A stretch of 52,579 nucleotides of DNA, from assembly GCA_046757745.1 (NCBI GenBank), contig JBHHYW010000001.1, positions 1 to 52,579 on the forward strand, in the 5' to 3' direction. Position 1 is the stretch's first letter. Every line of letters starts with the position of its first letter. This DNA comes from Candidatus Scalindua sp. GTDB lineage: Bacteria > Planctomycetota > Brocadiia > Brocadiales > Scalinduaceae. Both the position numbers and the translations under genes were made by a program. A model generated the notes under the pieces. The model saw only the letters and a list, made by a program, of their open reading frames with translations. It did not search any database and was not told the DNA's origin. Below are positions 17,943 through 27,510 of this stretch, in pieces.

Positions 17943-19824
17943 GTGAAATATAGCTATAACGGCTTAAGGTTCGACTATTTATCTGAATGGCCTCTGGATT
18001 ATTATAAATCACACGGAGTATTCCATCATGTTCAAGCTGTTTCAATATATAATCAAAGCCGTACTCTAAGTAATAGTTTTCAACATCATGGGGCAGAAAA
18101 ATGTGAGTAACACCTTTGCTCTGTAACTGGACAATAAACTCTGAAGCAGACACATTATAATCCCAGACATTTCTATCCGCACGCACAACAGGGACATCAA
18201 AGTAGAATGTTTTTAAAGGAAAAACCATGAGTTTACTGTTAGTTTCCAGATTTGTATTTACCCACTGTATATCTTCATAAAAACTTACCTTCTTCTTCAG
18301 AAATTCATCTTGAGATTCACGGCCTATCACAACAGGTAGATATTGTAAGTTGAAAAACACATTCATGGCCATTGTAAGCGTAAATGAAGCAAATAATAAT
18401 ACTGTTGCAACGAAATAGACTTTACGATACTCATGGAATGACTGGTATGCCATTGCTGCTGGAATCCCTAATAAAGCCAGCATCGGCAGCAAATATCTTG
18501 GATGCTGATAGTTTACAAACCAGACTGTGTAATAAACAATTACAACCACGCATATTGTAATCAGATTGTCCCTTTTGGATAAACAAAAACGTCTCCAACA
18601 CACAATCACACCGGGAATAAATGCTAAAAGAGCAGGAGAAATAGTAAACATTATTCCAACAGTGCTACTTGGGTGAAAGATTGCAGCCCTGGTGGTAAGA
18701 TTCCATAATCCAGTCAGGTAGTACCAGATCCCATCCCCCGGCCCGCGAGTCCAATGGGCATATTTGGCAGCCAATTCATGTGTCCAATACTTAGATGAAA
18801 ACAATCCATAACCATATGGCCATACTGGATCACCGGCCTGAATCCAGTTTCGCAACCACCACGGTGAAACAACAAGTAATGCAAAAATACCCCATAGCAC
18901 AATGTTACGCAATCGAAGACTCATCGATTGATCTTTATCCATGCACATCATCCATATTACTCCAATACTAAATGCAACCAGCCAATAAAGTCCCTGGATT
19001 TTAGTTGCACACACTAAACCGGTAAAAATACCAGACAATACTAACCATCGAGTTTCACGGTTTACCTGCCATTGAAGTAACGAGCTAAAAGAGAGAAATA
19101 TAAACAACATCATTAACAAATCACTTTTTGCAGAATTAGTAATTGTTGTAACAAAGGTACTTGTATAATAAAGAGTTGCAGTAAGCAGTCCTACTTCATA
19201 TCCACCTAAACGTTCCCCCAACTTGTAAACAGCCAACATACTGATCAGCCCAAAGCTATAAACAAAAAGGTTAGGAAGTTTAATGTCTCCCAATAATAAA
19301 CCGATAAGATTCCACATCTCTGAGGTAAAAGGGGCATTCCACGCACGATATGGAACAAAGCCAATATAGCCTTGAGTAATATAGTACTTTACCGCGCCAA
19401 GGTGATAATTGAGTCCATCTGGTTGCGTAGGCGGTGACAGTGAGCCAACCAGGTTAAATAACGTATGAATAATTAGTATACATAGTAAAATGATTGTCAG
19501 CTTATTCCATGAGTAACTTGATTTATTGAATGTGTAACCATAAGAACGTAAAATTTGAAATATCCGTATTAAGGTAGGTAATGAGAGCATTAATAAACAT
19601 GCAAACACGGCAAGAACCATTATCTTATTGATCCAGCCCATTGTGCCTGCTCCAAACACCATATAACTCGCCAATGGCACTCCCACTCCAAATGCGAAGA
19701 CCGCAGTTTCCAGATTAGAAGAAAATGAAAATCTAAACCAACGTAAAATTGTCGCACCAGCAGCGCTGGCAATACCTAACAGGAAAATGGAAATGATTAT
19801 CAATAGAACACTTGAGATGACCAT
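17902..19824 (-). CDS. GT-C fold membrane glycosyltransferase (ArnT/PMT-like), paralogue 1
   Basis: Multi-TM 640 aa; PPTQPDGLNYHL loop, ATKIQG, SPWWLRNWIQAGDPVWP, PRYLLP. Confidence 0.85.
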   Translation of the reverse strand: MVISSVLLIIISIFLLGIASAAGATILRWFRFSFSSNLETAVFAFGVGVPLASYMVFGAGTMGWINKIMVLAVFACLLMLSLPTLIRIFQILRSYGYTFNKSSYSWNKLTIILLCILIIHTLFNLVGSLSPPTQPDGLNYHLGAVKYYITQGYIGFVPYRAWNAPFTSEMWNLIGLLLGDIKLPNLFVYSFGLISMLAVYKLGERLGGYEVGLLTATLYYTSTFVTTITNSAKSDLLMMLFIFLSFSSLLQWQVNRETRWLVLSGIFTGLVCATKIQGLYWLVAFSIGVIWMMCMDKDQSMSLRLRNIVLWGIFALLVVSPWWLRNWIQAGDPVWPYGYGLFSSKYWTHELAAKYAHWTRGPGDGIWYYLTGLWNLTTRAAIFHPSSTVGIMFTISPALLAFIPGVIVCWRRFCLSKRDNLITICVVVIVYYTVWFVNYQHPRYLLPMLALLGIPAAMAYQSFHEYRKVYFVATVLLFASFTLTMAMNVFFNLQYLPVVIGRESQDEFLKKKVSFYEDIQWVNTNLETNSKLMVFPLKTFYFDVPVVRADRNVWDYNVSASEFIVQLQSKGVTHIFLPHDVENYYLEYGFDYILKQLEHDGILRVIYNNPEAIQINSRTLSRYSYISLDIYKVVYPKLYD

Positions 19825-21017
19825 TAAAAACCTAATGTATTTTTAACCAAATTAAAAGCTGTATCAAAGTAAGGCAGGAACTGGGCAAAGAAGGCGAAAG
19901 TAACAACTATTATCCAAATTACAAGAAAACCCTCTTTCACCTGTGGCCATATTAGAAAGGGTTTGCTTTTGCGGACATTCATATTGACGTCTAAATCTAA
20001 TTTGTCCCCTTTAATTATCCAGAACAAAAAACCCACAATCATCTGGAATAAGTAAAGCCCCAGGATAAGAAAAGAGAAACTGATAGCAAGTTCACTTCTA
20101 ATCCCCAAATGGGAAAATACGGTAATAAGAGCTAAATCACGAGTTCCAATCCCTGCAACAGAGATTGGAAGTGTGCCTACCAACCAGACCAGGGCTAGTC
20201 CCACAATTAGATGGAGCAATGGAATTTGTACTTGCAGAGCAGCTAAAAGAAGATAAAACCGCAAATAGTTAATGGCATATGCCAATGCCGTAAGCGTAAT
20301 CACAGAGCTGTAGGGTATCCTCTTGAGAATATTCAAGTTTCCCATGCTCTCTATATTATATTTCTTTTTTATTTTTTGGATTATCCAACTATAACAAAAA
20401 TTTATGAAATAAATAACACGTTTGCGAACGTCCTTAAAAATAAAAAATAAAGCCGTAATTGCCGCTAAGACAACCAAAACCCGTGTAGACAGGTTAATTG
20501 TTACAATATCATCAAAAACCCAAAAAACAGGAATGGTTAAAACTACCAATAACCCCAGATCTAACAACCGGTCCAACACTATACTCAATCCAGACATCCA
20601 GATAGAACCGCCTGAACGTTTAATATAATATACCTTTACCATCTCACCCACCTGACCGGGCGTTAGAAGTCCGGCAAATAGACCGATCATGTATAACAAA
20701 TATACTTTGGGATATGAAATAAATAAGCCCAAAGAGTTGAGCAAACTCTGCCACCTCCAGCTTTTGATAGCAAAAAAAGGAAACGTCAGCGAAAAAGCTA
20801 CAAACACTAAAACAGGATTAGCCTGAATAACACCTGTAATTACCTGATTAATATCAATTCTCGTTATTAGGAAAGCGAAGGCAAACAGTCCAATGGATCT
20901 AACCCCCCACTTGCGTAAAGCTGCAACGAAACGTGAGGACGAAGACCGAGAAGTTAACAAATCTATTCCCGCCTTAACTCTTTTTAATATTATCGTCACA
21001 GAATGTAGGTTTAGCAT
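19824..21017 (-). CDS. Lysylphosphatidylglycerol-synthase-TM/UPF0104 flippase-like protein with an extra ~52 aa C-terminal one-helix module
   Basis: KSWRWQ, TPGQVGEMVK, LDRLLD, LPISVAGIGTRD. The tail from Met at 19982 resembles the peptides at 27275-27484 and 41074-41256. Confidence 0.88.
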   Translation of the reverse strand: MLNLHSVTIILKRVKAGIDLLTSRSSSSRFVAALRKWGVRSIGLFAFAFLITRIDINQVITGVIQANPVLVFVAFSLTFPFFAIKSWRWQSLLNSLGLFISYPKVYLLYMIGLFAGLLTPGQVGEMVKVYYIKRSGGSIWMSGLSIVLDRLLDLGLLVVLTIPVFWVFDDIVTINLSTRVLVVLAAITALFFIFKDVRKRVIYFINFCYSWIIQKIKKKYNIESMGNLNILKRIPYSSVITLTALAYAINYLRFYLLLAALQVQIPLLHLIVGLALVWLVGTLPISVAGIGTRDLALITVFSHLGIRSELAISFSFLILGLYLFQMIVGFLFWIIKGDKLDLDVNMNVRKSKPFLIWPQVKEGFLVIWIIVVTFAFFAQFLPYFDTAFNLVKNTLGF

Positions 21018-21639
21018 GGTCTGGCTTACGACCTACAACAAGCTGGTTTCCCCAAATTGCAAAACGATAGCATCTTTCCATCTGAAGCTCTGCCTTATTA
21101 AATGCAATCTCAATATCTATACGAGTTAATAGTGATCTATGGTCCTCGTCAGCAACGTGGTCAAAAACGCCAATCTTACTTCCATAGTGAAGTAGTCTCC
21201 CATATGAAGGAGTTGGTGTGGTAATTATGACTAACCCTCCCGGTTTCAAGAATGATGTAATGTGACCCAAGAATTTATTTGGGGAATCTAGATGTTCTAA
21301 CATTGCCGTCATAACAATAGAGTCAAACATCATACATTTAGGAAATGATAGTTCTTCAACATTTAAACACATGAATTGCCCCCGAGGATACCGTTTTTCT
21401 AAATAATTCACGATTTCTGAATCACTATCAACTCCAGTATATGAAATATTGCTTCCTAAAAATTCTAATACCTTAGCCCTTCCACAACCACAATCCAGTA
21501 TCCGTTTACCCTCAACCCATCTAGCGGCATGGCCGTTCCGTAAGATTTCCAGCAAAGGAGAAAGCATTCCTCCAACATGGCCCTTTGGAGCATCATCATC
21601 AAATAATAACACTCTAAATAAAGCCTTAAGCCCTTTCAT
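20974..21639 (-). CDS. Class I SAM-dependent methyltransferase
   Basis: ILDCGCG, MLEHL, LKPGG, ITTP. The first ~28 codons of the tracked ORF are transposase-derived, so the true start is uncertain. Confidence 0.85.
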   Translation of the reverse strand: MKGLKALFRVLLFDDDAPKGHVGGMLSPLLEILRNGHAARWVEGKRILDCGCGRAKVLEFLGSNISYTGVDSDSEIVNYLEKRYPRGQFMCLNVEELSFPKCMMFDSIVMTAMLEHLDSPNKFLGHITSFLKPGGLVIITTPTPSYGRLLHYGSKIGVFDHVADEDHRSLLTRIDIEIAFNKAELQMERCYRFAIWGNQLVVGRKPDHAKPTFCDDNIKKS

Positions 21640-21666
21640 CCACAAATATATTGAAAATAAACGCAT

Positions 21667-21968
21667 TAAGAAGTTTCTATCTAATCGTCCAGCTGTCTTG
21701 GCATGTCCAATTACAGCCTCAATGGAGTACCCCCATTTTATGTACCACATCTAACTAAGTAATCATCGTTTGTTAATGAATTGTATTGCGAAGGTTGAGG
21801 CATAGCCGAAACCGCAGGTAAACACACGAACTCCAGAGTATGAATATTGAGATACCACTTCCCATCGCTCAGATTGTATATATGTTTTAAGTAGTAAAGG
21901 TCGACACGACATAAGGGGCCAAATGCTTTGTTAAACTCTGACCAGTTTATTTTTGCAACCATCCTCAA
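21667..21968 (-). mobile_element. Heavily deleted IS5-family transposase remnant
   Basis: Three collinear fragments: KINWSEFNKAFGPL, LYYLKHIYNLSD (IS5 N-terminal region) and IEAVIGHAKTAGRLDRNFL (C-terminal DDE-Glu region). Confidence 0.8.
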
Positions 21969-22051
21969 TTATGTATTATGGAACTCTTTCATTAAGAATT
22001 TTACAATAGGATTCTTACTATTATGTTTATCATAGTACCTACTATATTCTT

Positions 22052-22465
22052 CTATTCTGTTTTTTCGACAAACACAACTGTAGCATATGTATAAAATTTG
22101 AGTAGAAATATTGTTGCGGTTACACAGATAATGGACCATACATAATAAACTCCAATTGAGTCAGTTAAAACCTTAACCATCAGAACATCCGATCCCATAA
22201 AAAATAACGTAAATATTGTGTACAACACAAATTGATTAGAGCTCGTCCTTTTCAATCCAAAGACGACCTTCAGATTATAAAAAAAGTTAAAAGCAATAAC
22301 TATACTTGTCGATATGATATACGAAGCAAGATACCACAAGGCAAACACTTCGGTAAGTAGTACGGTCAGGCCTATCTTAATAGGATAATTAAATAAGCTA
22401 ATAACTCCAAACTTAGCCATCCTGGATCTTAACAAATCTCGCATTGATCTTAACAAATATCTCAT
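22052..22465 (-). CDS. GtrA-family small flippase
   Basis: 137 aa, about 4 TM; KFGVIS, LTEVFALWYLAS, NFFYNLKVVF. Confidence 0.85.
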   Translation of the reverse strand: MRYLLRSMRDLLRSRMAKFGVISLFNYPIKIGLTVLLTEVFALWYLASYIISTSIVIAFNFFYNLKVVFGLKRTSSNQFVLYTIFTLFFMGSDVLMVKVLTDSIGVYYVWSIICVTATIFLLKFYTYATVVFVEKTE

Positions 22466-22471
22466 TTTAAT

Positions 22472-23482
22472 CTAGTAATACTGCCTATGACAACATCTTA
22501 GACACATATCCCCAACTTTCCATTTTTTAGCTTTATTTCTAAAGTTTACCGCATTTGCATTATTACTTATTCTCTTTAACGAATCTTGCTTAATATTCCC
22601 AAACGATACATTACAATTTCCAATATCTCCATTAGGATAAGCCCTTAATGCCAGCCAAGGAAAGTTACAACTGTTATTGAAACCAAAGTCATAATCTGTA
22701 TAATATCCTTCTATCTCCTCTTTATGAATAACTGGGAAGAAATCTACTTTTCTCCACTTTGAACTCAATTTGACAAATGAAGCCAGTTGTTCCAGTTTCT
22801 TCTTGTCTGTAATTGCAACTTTTGAATTACTCTTTAAATCAGGTCTATTATACATAAGATGTTGAAAACTTATTCCATGTATAGCTAATTGGCTCATCTC
22901 TTTTACAATTTCTTTCAAAGTTTCAATATTTAAGTTTGATATTGCACAATTCAGTGTAATCTTTGGAAACTTAGTTCCATATTTCTTCTTCAGTGATGAT
23001 AATCTTTTAATTCCTTCTACTTGTTTTTTGTATGAACCCTTAACCAAAGTAATATCTTCATGAATCTTCTCAAGTCCATGAATAGATATATTGACAAAGA
23101 AACATTTATTTTTCACAATCTGCTCTGCATATCTCTCTAACAAGAAGCCATTTGTAGTCATTGACCATTTAATATTTTTTTTCTTACAAAACTTCATGAC
23201 TTCATTCATCTTAGGGTAAACCAAAGGGTCTCCTAATCCTGAGAAATGTATCCTTGTCCTAGGCAAAAAAAAAGGATTAAATCTTTTTGCCTGCAATATA
23301 ATCTTCTTAACTAAACCCAAATCAAGAAAATCAATATCTTCTTTCTTTCTTAGAGGTTTTTCCTTAATTAGGTCGCACATAACACACTTATAATTGCAAG
23401 CACTTGATGGATACATCACAAGTACTGGTAGAACTAACATTTTGTTCGTTAATCTCAATATATTAAATACTGATTTATTCAT
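22472..23482 (-). CDS. Radical SAM protein with C-terminal SPASM/twitch-like Cys cluster
   Basis: CNYKCVMC, GLGDPL, TTNGFLL, C-terminal CNFPW..YPNGDIGNC..FGNI..CLRCC. Start placed at MNKSV (uncertain; track gives 23575). Confidence 0.88.
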   Translation of the reverse strand: MNKSVFNILRLTNKMLVLPVLVMYPSSACNYKCVMCDLIKEKPLRKKEDIDFLDLGLVKKIILQAKRFNPFFLPRTRIHFSGLGDPLVYPKMNEVMKFCKKKNIKWSMTTNGFLLERYAEQIVKNKCFFVNISIHGLEKIHEDITLVKGSYKKQVEGIKRLSSLKKKYGTKFPKITLNCAISNLNIETLKEIVKEMSQLAIHGISFQHLMYNRPDLKSNSKVAITDKKKLEQLASFVKLSSKWRKVDFFPVIHKEEIEGYYTDYDFGFNNSCNFPWLALRAYPNGDIGNCNVSFGNIKQDSLKRISNNANAVNFRNKAKKWKVGDMCLRCCHRQYY

Positions 23483-23763
23483 AATCCTAAGGTAATCCTT
23501 TAAATCCAGTGAAACTTTATAGCCAGAGCTTAGCCAAAAATGAGTACAGTCAACAGTCATAGACCTTCGGTGCATATTAAAGATGATTTATATAAGCTGC
23601 TATTTTAGGAATAATCTTGTGAATAGTCCCGTTGGTAGTCACAGAACAGTCGAATCTTATATTAAGGGCAAATTGATCTCTATTGTCAATTCCAATCACA
23701 GTAAAATCGATTCATTACATAATATATACAATAAATTGTTGATATTTTGAATATTGTGCATAT

Positions 23764-24369
23764 TTATTTTTTACACAAAACCATCAACCAGGGCAGAGGG
23801 CTCCTAATCTCAATAACTTCAAAATAAACGTTCAGAAGTTTAACAAGTGACCTGGAATTCCAGTGATTTACGTGGCCTGGTGTGTTGCCCAAATCTCTCA
23901 CGTAAGCGCCACGCATGAAATTAATTATGCGCCAAAGTGGTTCGTTCGGTACGCCAATAAGGCAATACTGATTAGTTACACGAGCCACTTCCTGTAGAAA
24001 ATCATCAGGAAACCTAATGTGCTCAAGGACCTCACAAGCCAGGACGAGATTAAAACTATTACTTTTGTAGGGTAAGTGACAAGCATCAGCCACTAAAAAG
24101 TTTGAATTTGGACACTTAACTTTCGCATCCAAAACTACTCTAGCATCCAAGTCAAAAGCATTTATCTTGACAGGCGTAATCCTTTTTAAAAATTCTACAA
24201 TATAACCCTCACCGCAACCAACTTCTAAAATACTACTAACATTGAGTGGCATTATTAACCTCTGGAATTGCTGTTTGTAACTACTAACAAGGAAGCGAAA
24301 TATGGGATTTCGTGTGCTGTATTTATCATAAGTATTTCCGGCAAAGACTTTTTTATTCCACTTTGTCAC
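23764..24369 (-). CDS. Class I SAM-dependent methyltransferase
   Basis: GNTYDKY, ILEVGCGEG, CEVLEH, VPNEP, GNTPGHVNHW. Confidence 0.9.
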   Translation of the reverse strand: MTKWNKKVFAGNTYDKYSTRNPIFRFLVSSYKQQFQRLIMPLNVSSILEVGCGEGYIVEFLKRITPVKINAFDLDARVVLDAKVKCPNSNFLVADACHLPYKSNSFNLVLACEVLEHIRFPDDFLQEVARVTNQYCLIGVPNEPLWRIINFMRGAYVRDLGNTPGHVNHWNSRSLVKLLNVYFEVIEIRSPLPWLMVLCKK

Positions 24370-24372
24370 TTT

Positions 24373-25362
24373 TCAACCTTTTTTGTTTTCTTTTAATGTG
24401 TTACCAGAGTCGTCTTTTTTTGAAAGAGTTTTACATTTGAGATGGTATAGTATATCTTCTTGTAACCGCCTGTTTATACCGACTATATCAGAAAGCATAC
24501 CCATTAAGAAAATAAGGAATCCAATAACTAAAGCACCAGACCCTACAACTATAGATTGAATATGAGCGCCACGCTGTATATCACTAAGTAATAGCTTCAG
24601 GAAAAAACGTCCCCATAAAGCAATACCAAGTATAAAAAAAGGTATGCTAATATATGTAAAGGTACGTAAAGGTTCATAATAAGAGAAAATCTTTATCATA
24701 GTAGTAGATGAACGCAGAATATATTGCCAGTTACTACGAATAAGGCGAGATTCACGCTGTGGAGCATTAGTTTTTATCTTTATATTTTCAATCTTGAGAT
24801 TCTTCTTTCCTGCCTGAATAATAGTCTCAATAGTATATGTAAAGTCTGTCAAAACATTGATTCGCAAGGCTGCTTCACGAGAAATAGCACGAAAACCACT
24901 AGGAGCATCGGGCACGCTAGTACCAGACAAACGTCGAACCATTCCACTTCCCAGACGCTGAAAAATCTTTTTTGAAAATGAAAAGCTTTCAACCTTCTCT
25001 GTCTGCCGATCAGCGATAACCATATCCACCTTCCGGTCCAGTATTGGTAATACAAGGTCTGAAACATAACGTCCCGGATATTGGTTATCAGCATCCGTAT
25101 TTACAATAATATCTGCACTAAGTTGCAAACATGCATTAAGTCCTGTCTGGAAAGCAGCCGCCAATCCTTTGTTTCCATTGTGACGAATAATATGATCTAC
25201 TCCCATATCGTGGGCAACTTCAGCAGTATGGTCTGTACTGCCATCATCAATGATCAGCCACTCGACCAAATCAATACCTTCAATCTTCCTTGGTAGCTCT
25301 GCTAAGGTTTGCGGTAATGTTTTTTCTTCATTGAAGCAAGGAATTTGAATAATAATTTTCAT
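24373..25362 (-). CDS. GT2 polyprenyl-phosphate glycosyltransferase (DPM1/GtrB/ArnC-like)
   Basis: QIPCFNEE, IDDGSTD, NTDADNQY, DAPSGFRA and two C-terminal TM helices. Confidence 0.92.
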   Translation of the reverse strand: MKIIIQIPCFNEEKTLPQTLAELPRKIEGIDLVEWLIIDDGSTDHTAEVAHDMGVDHIIRHNGNKGLAAAFQTGLNACLQLSADIIVNTDADNQYPGRYVSDLVLPILDRKVDMVIADRQTEKVESFSFSKKIFQRLGSGMVRRLSGTSVPDAPSGFRAISREAALRINVLTDFTYTIETIIQAGKKNLKIENIKIKTNAPQRESRLIRSNWQYILRSSTTMIKIFSYYEPLRTFTYISIPFFILGIALWGRFFLKLLLSDIQRGAHIQSIVVGSGALVIGFLIFLMGMLSDIVGINRRLQEDILYHLKCKTLSKKDDSGNTLKENKKG

Positions 25363-27275
25363 GGCACAAGCCTTTCAGAAATAGATTTAACCTGATAAAC
25401 AATCATTGTCTTACTTTCATAAATAATCGGCCAACGAGATCTACAAAGTTTGTAAAGACTATCTTCCAGCCAGTTAGAGGGCTCATATGCAGTCGCATAC
25501 TTTGGCTCAGGCCATAACACAACATAATCACTCCCAAGCTCACTCACTTTTTCTGCCACATAATCAGGGTCATGTAGCCGCTCAGGTTTGGCTTCACGCC
25601 TTGCTATGTGTGCATAAACATCATAATCAAATTTAAGATGGTATCCACGCGAATCGTAAATGAGTAACCGACTACTTTCCGGCAGAATGCGATTGAGCAC
25701 CTGATAGTCATCATACCAGTAGAATTTCATGTCTTCTTCTGCCAGACGTTGTGAAAGATACTTTGATTCATCCTCTGTCCCCATAGTAACCAGTGCTGCC
25801 CTTAAATGGAAACGAACAGTCGTACACAAACCCACCAAAAGCCATAGAGCAATAAAACAAAAGACTATTACGCGCGTCCAATATGGTAATAGTACCGACT
25901 GACAAAGCCTCCAGAGTATGTAAACGGCAATTATTGATAAAAAGGACACACCGGGAATAAAAGTGCGCAAACGCACAAAACTTATATACCAAAAGCATGC
26001 AAGGATCCCACATGCAGCCAATATATATCGTAATCTTGCCGGTAAACGCACAAGTAGCGCCATGGGCAAGACAGCCAACACTAGTGGCCCCATCACCCCG
26101 CTATTAAAACGCTCCGGTGTTATAGACAGGTGCCATGGGGCAAAAAGCACACGCTCAAGAGAAAGCCATTTACCTACACCAAGCCCCACTTCTTTAGTTC
26201 GTAAAACGATAGCATATTCAAACGCTTCTGGTGTCCAATCGCATGCGCCAAATATATTAAATAAAAATGGCCAGAATGGACTGCCGGTCTGAAAGTAGGT
26301 CTTCATATACCATGGCAACACTACAAGGAATGCAATAGAGCCAACCAACAGACCTAGTGCAAGGGCTGATTGTGGCCTCCAGTGAAAGCGTCTCCAACCG
26401 TATATAAATACAAGTACTGCAAGCGCTATTGCGCCATAAGCACCCGGTAAACGAGCTCCTGCCGCAAAGAGTCCTGCAAACAGACCCGCTAACACCAGCC
26501 AACGCCAGCCCCCTGCCTTCAACCAGTTGACCCACGCAAGCAAAGATAAAACCATGAATAATGCATTTGCAAGATCAGGAGAAGCACGGCCTGACAGGAT
26601 AATGACATCACTATAAGAGTATAATATTGCTCCTCCTAGTAGTGCCCAGAACAATGGCATCTCGCGTCGTCCAAAATCAATTAATACTAATAACAACATC
26701 ACTCCCATTGCCCATTGTATTACCTGAGCTGTTGAGTCTGAACCCAGACTCATTCCCCATAGTTGAATCATCTGTATTTGTTGTGGTTGCTGATGAAGCC
26801 ATATTGAAGGTATGTAAAAAATTCTTTCGTGCCGAAGGTATAAATCAGCCGCAGCCAGACGATAAATAAGTTCATCCACACCTATTACCGGCGCAAGCGC
26901 TGCTAAAAGATTGATTCCGGCTATAAACCCAAGAAATCCCAATAGTATCTTTTCTGGCCATGATAAACTTCTTATACGAACCCATACTTCAACCCAGTGC
27001 AACTGTCTAAGTAGCAAAAATCGTCTCCAGCCCCAGATACCCAGCAAAAGCAACAGTACATATGTACAGGCAATGACTGATTGACGTAATAAAGCCGTTA
27101 ATCCCAGGACAAATGTAACATATCCCACCAGACCCAATCCTAACCCGCTGGCGAAAAAAACGTGCTGCAGCCTGCCAGCCACACTTAAACGTAGCAATCC
27201 AAGCAGCCACAGACCACAACCACTTGCTGCGATAAACAAACCCAACACAAGTATAAAATCGTAAATATGTGTCAT
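25359..27275 (-). CDS. GT-C fold membrane glycosyltransferase (ArnT/PMT-like), paralogue 2
   Basis: Multi-TM 638 aa; APVIGVDELIYRL, PWYMKTYFQTGSPFWP, RLRTFIP. Confidence 0.85.
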   Translation of the reverse strand: MTHIYDFILVLGLFIAASGCGLWLLGLLRLSVAGRLQHVFFASGLGLGLVGYVTFVLGLTALLRQSVIACTYVLLLLLGIWGWRRFLLLRQLHWVEVWVRIRSLSWPEKILLGFLGFIAGINLLAALAPVIGVDELIYRLAAADLYLRHERIFYIPSIWLHQQPQQIQMIQLWGMSLGSDSTAQVIQWAMGVMLLLVLIDFGRREMPLFWALLGGAILYSYSDVIILSGRASPDLANALFMVLSLLAWVNWLKAGGWRWLVLAGLFAGLFAAGARLPGAYGAIALAVLVFIYGWRRFHWRPQSALALGLLVGSIAFLVVLPWYMKTYFQTGSPFWPFLFNIFGACDWTPEAFEYAIVLRTKEVGLGVGKWLSLERVLFAPWHLSITPERFNSGVMGPLVLAVLPMALLVRLPARLRYILAACGILACFWYISFVRLRTFIPGVSFLSIIAVYILWRLCQSVLLPYWTRVIVFCFIALWLLVGLCTTVRFHLRAALVTMGTEDESKYLSQRLAEEDMKFYWYDDYQVLNRILPESSRLLIYDSRGYHLKFDYDVYAHIARREAKPERLHDPDYVAEKVSELGSDYVVLWPEPKYATAYEPSNWLEDSLYKLCRSRWPIIYESKTMIVYQVKSISERLVP

Positions 27276-27484
27276 TAATGAAACAGTTCCAATAATCGAT
27301 GCCAGACTTGTACAATTTCACCTTCACGCTGGCTAAATAAATGCCAATAAAAGACAATATTAACAAACATAAACCAGGTAATCGCCAGCCACAGTCCAAG
27401 GCGGTAAAACCACCCAAAGTATTGAGTGTCACATGAATTATTATCCTTGTTGTTAATAGATGGGTTTGTATCTTTCTCAAACAT
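27275..27484 (-). CDS. Small single-TM protein coupled to GT-C paralogue 2
   Basis: 69 aa, WFMFVNIVFYWHLF motif, TAATG overlap with the downstream gene. Confidence 0.75.
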   Translation of the reverse strand: MFEKDTNPSINNKDNNSCDTQYFGWFYRLGLWLAITWFMFVNIVFYWHLFSQREGEIVQVWHRLLELFH

Positions 27485-27510
27485 TTGTTTCTATTCGGCC
27501 CTCAATAATA

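Noticed and set aside
27007-27480. 157 aa minus-strand ORF spanning the peptide/GT-C junction
   Set aside because: Third-frame overlap of two better supported genes, with no counterpart at the other two junctions.
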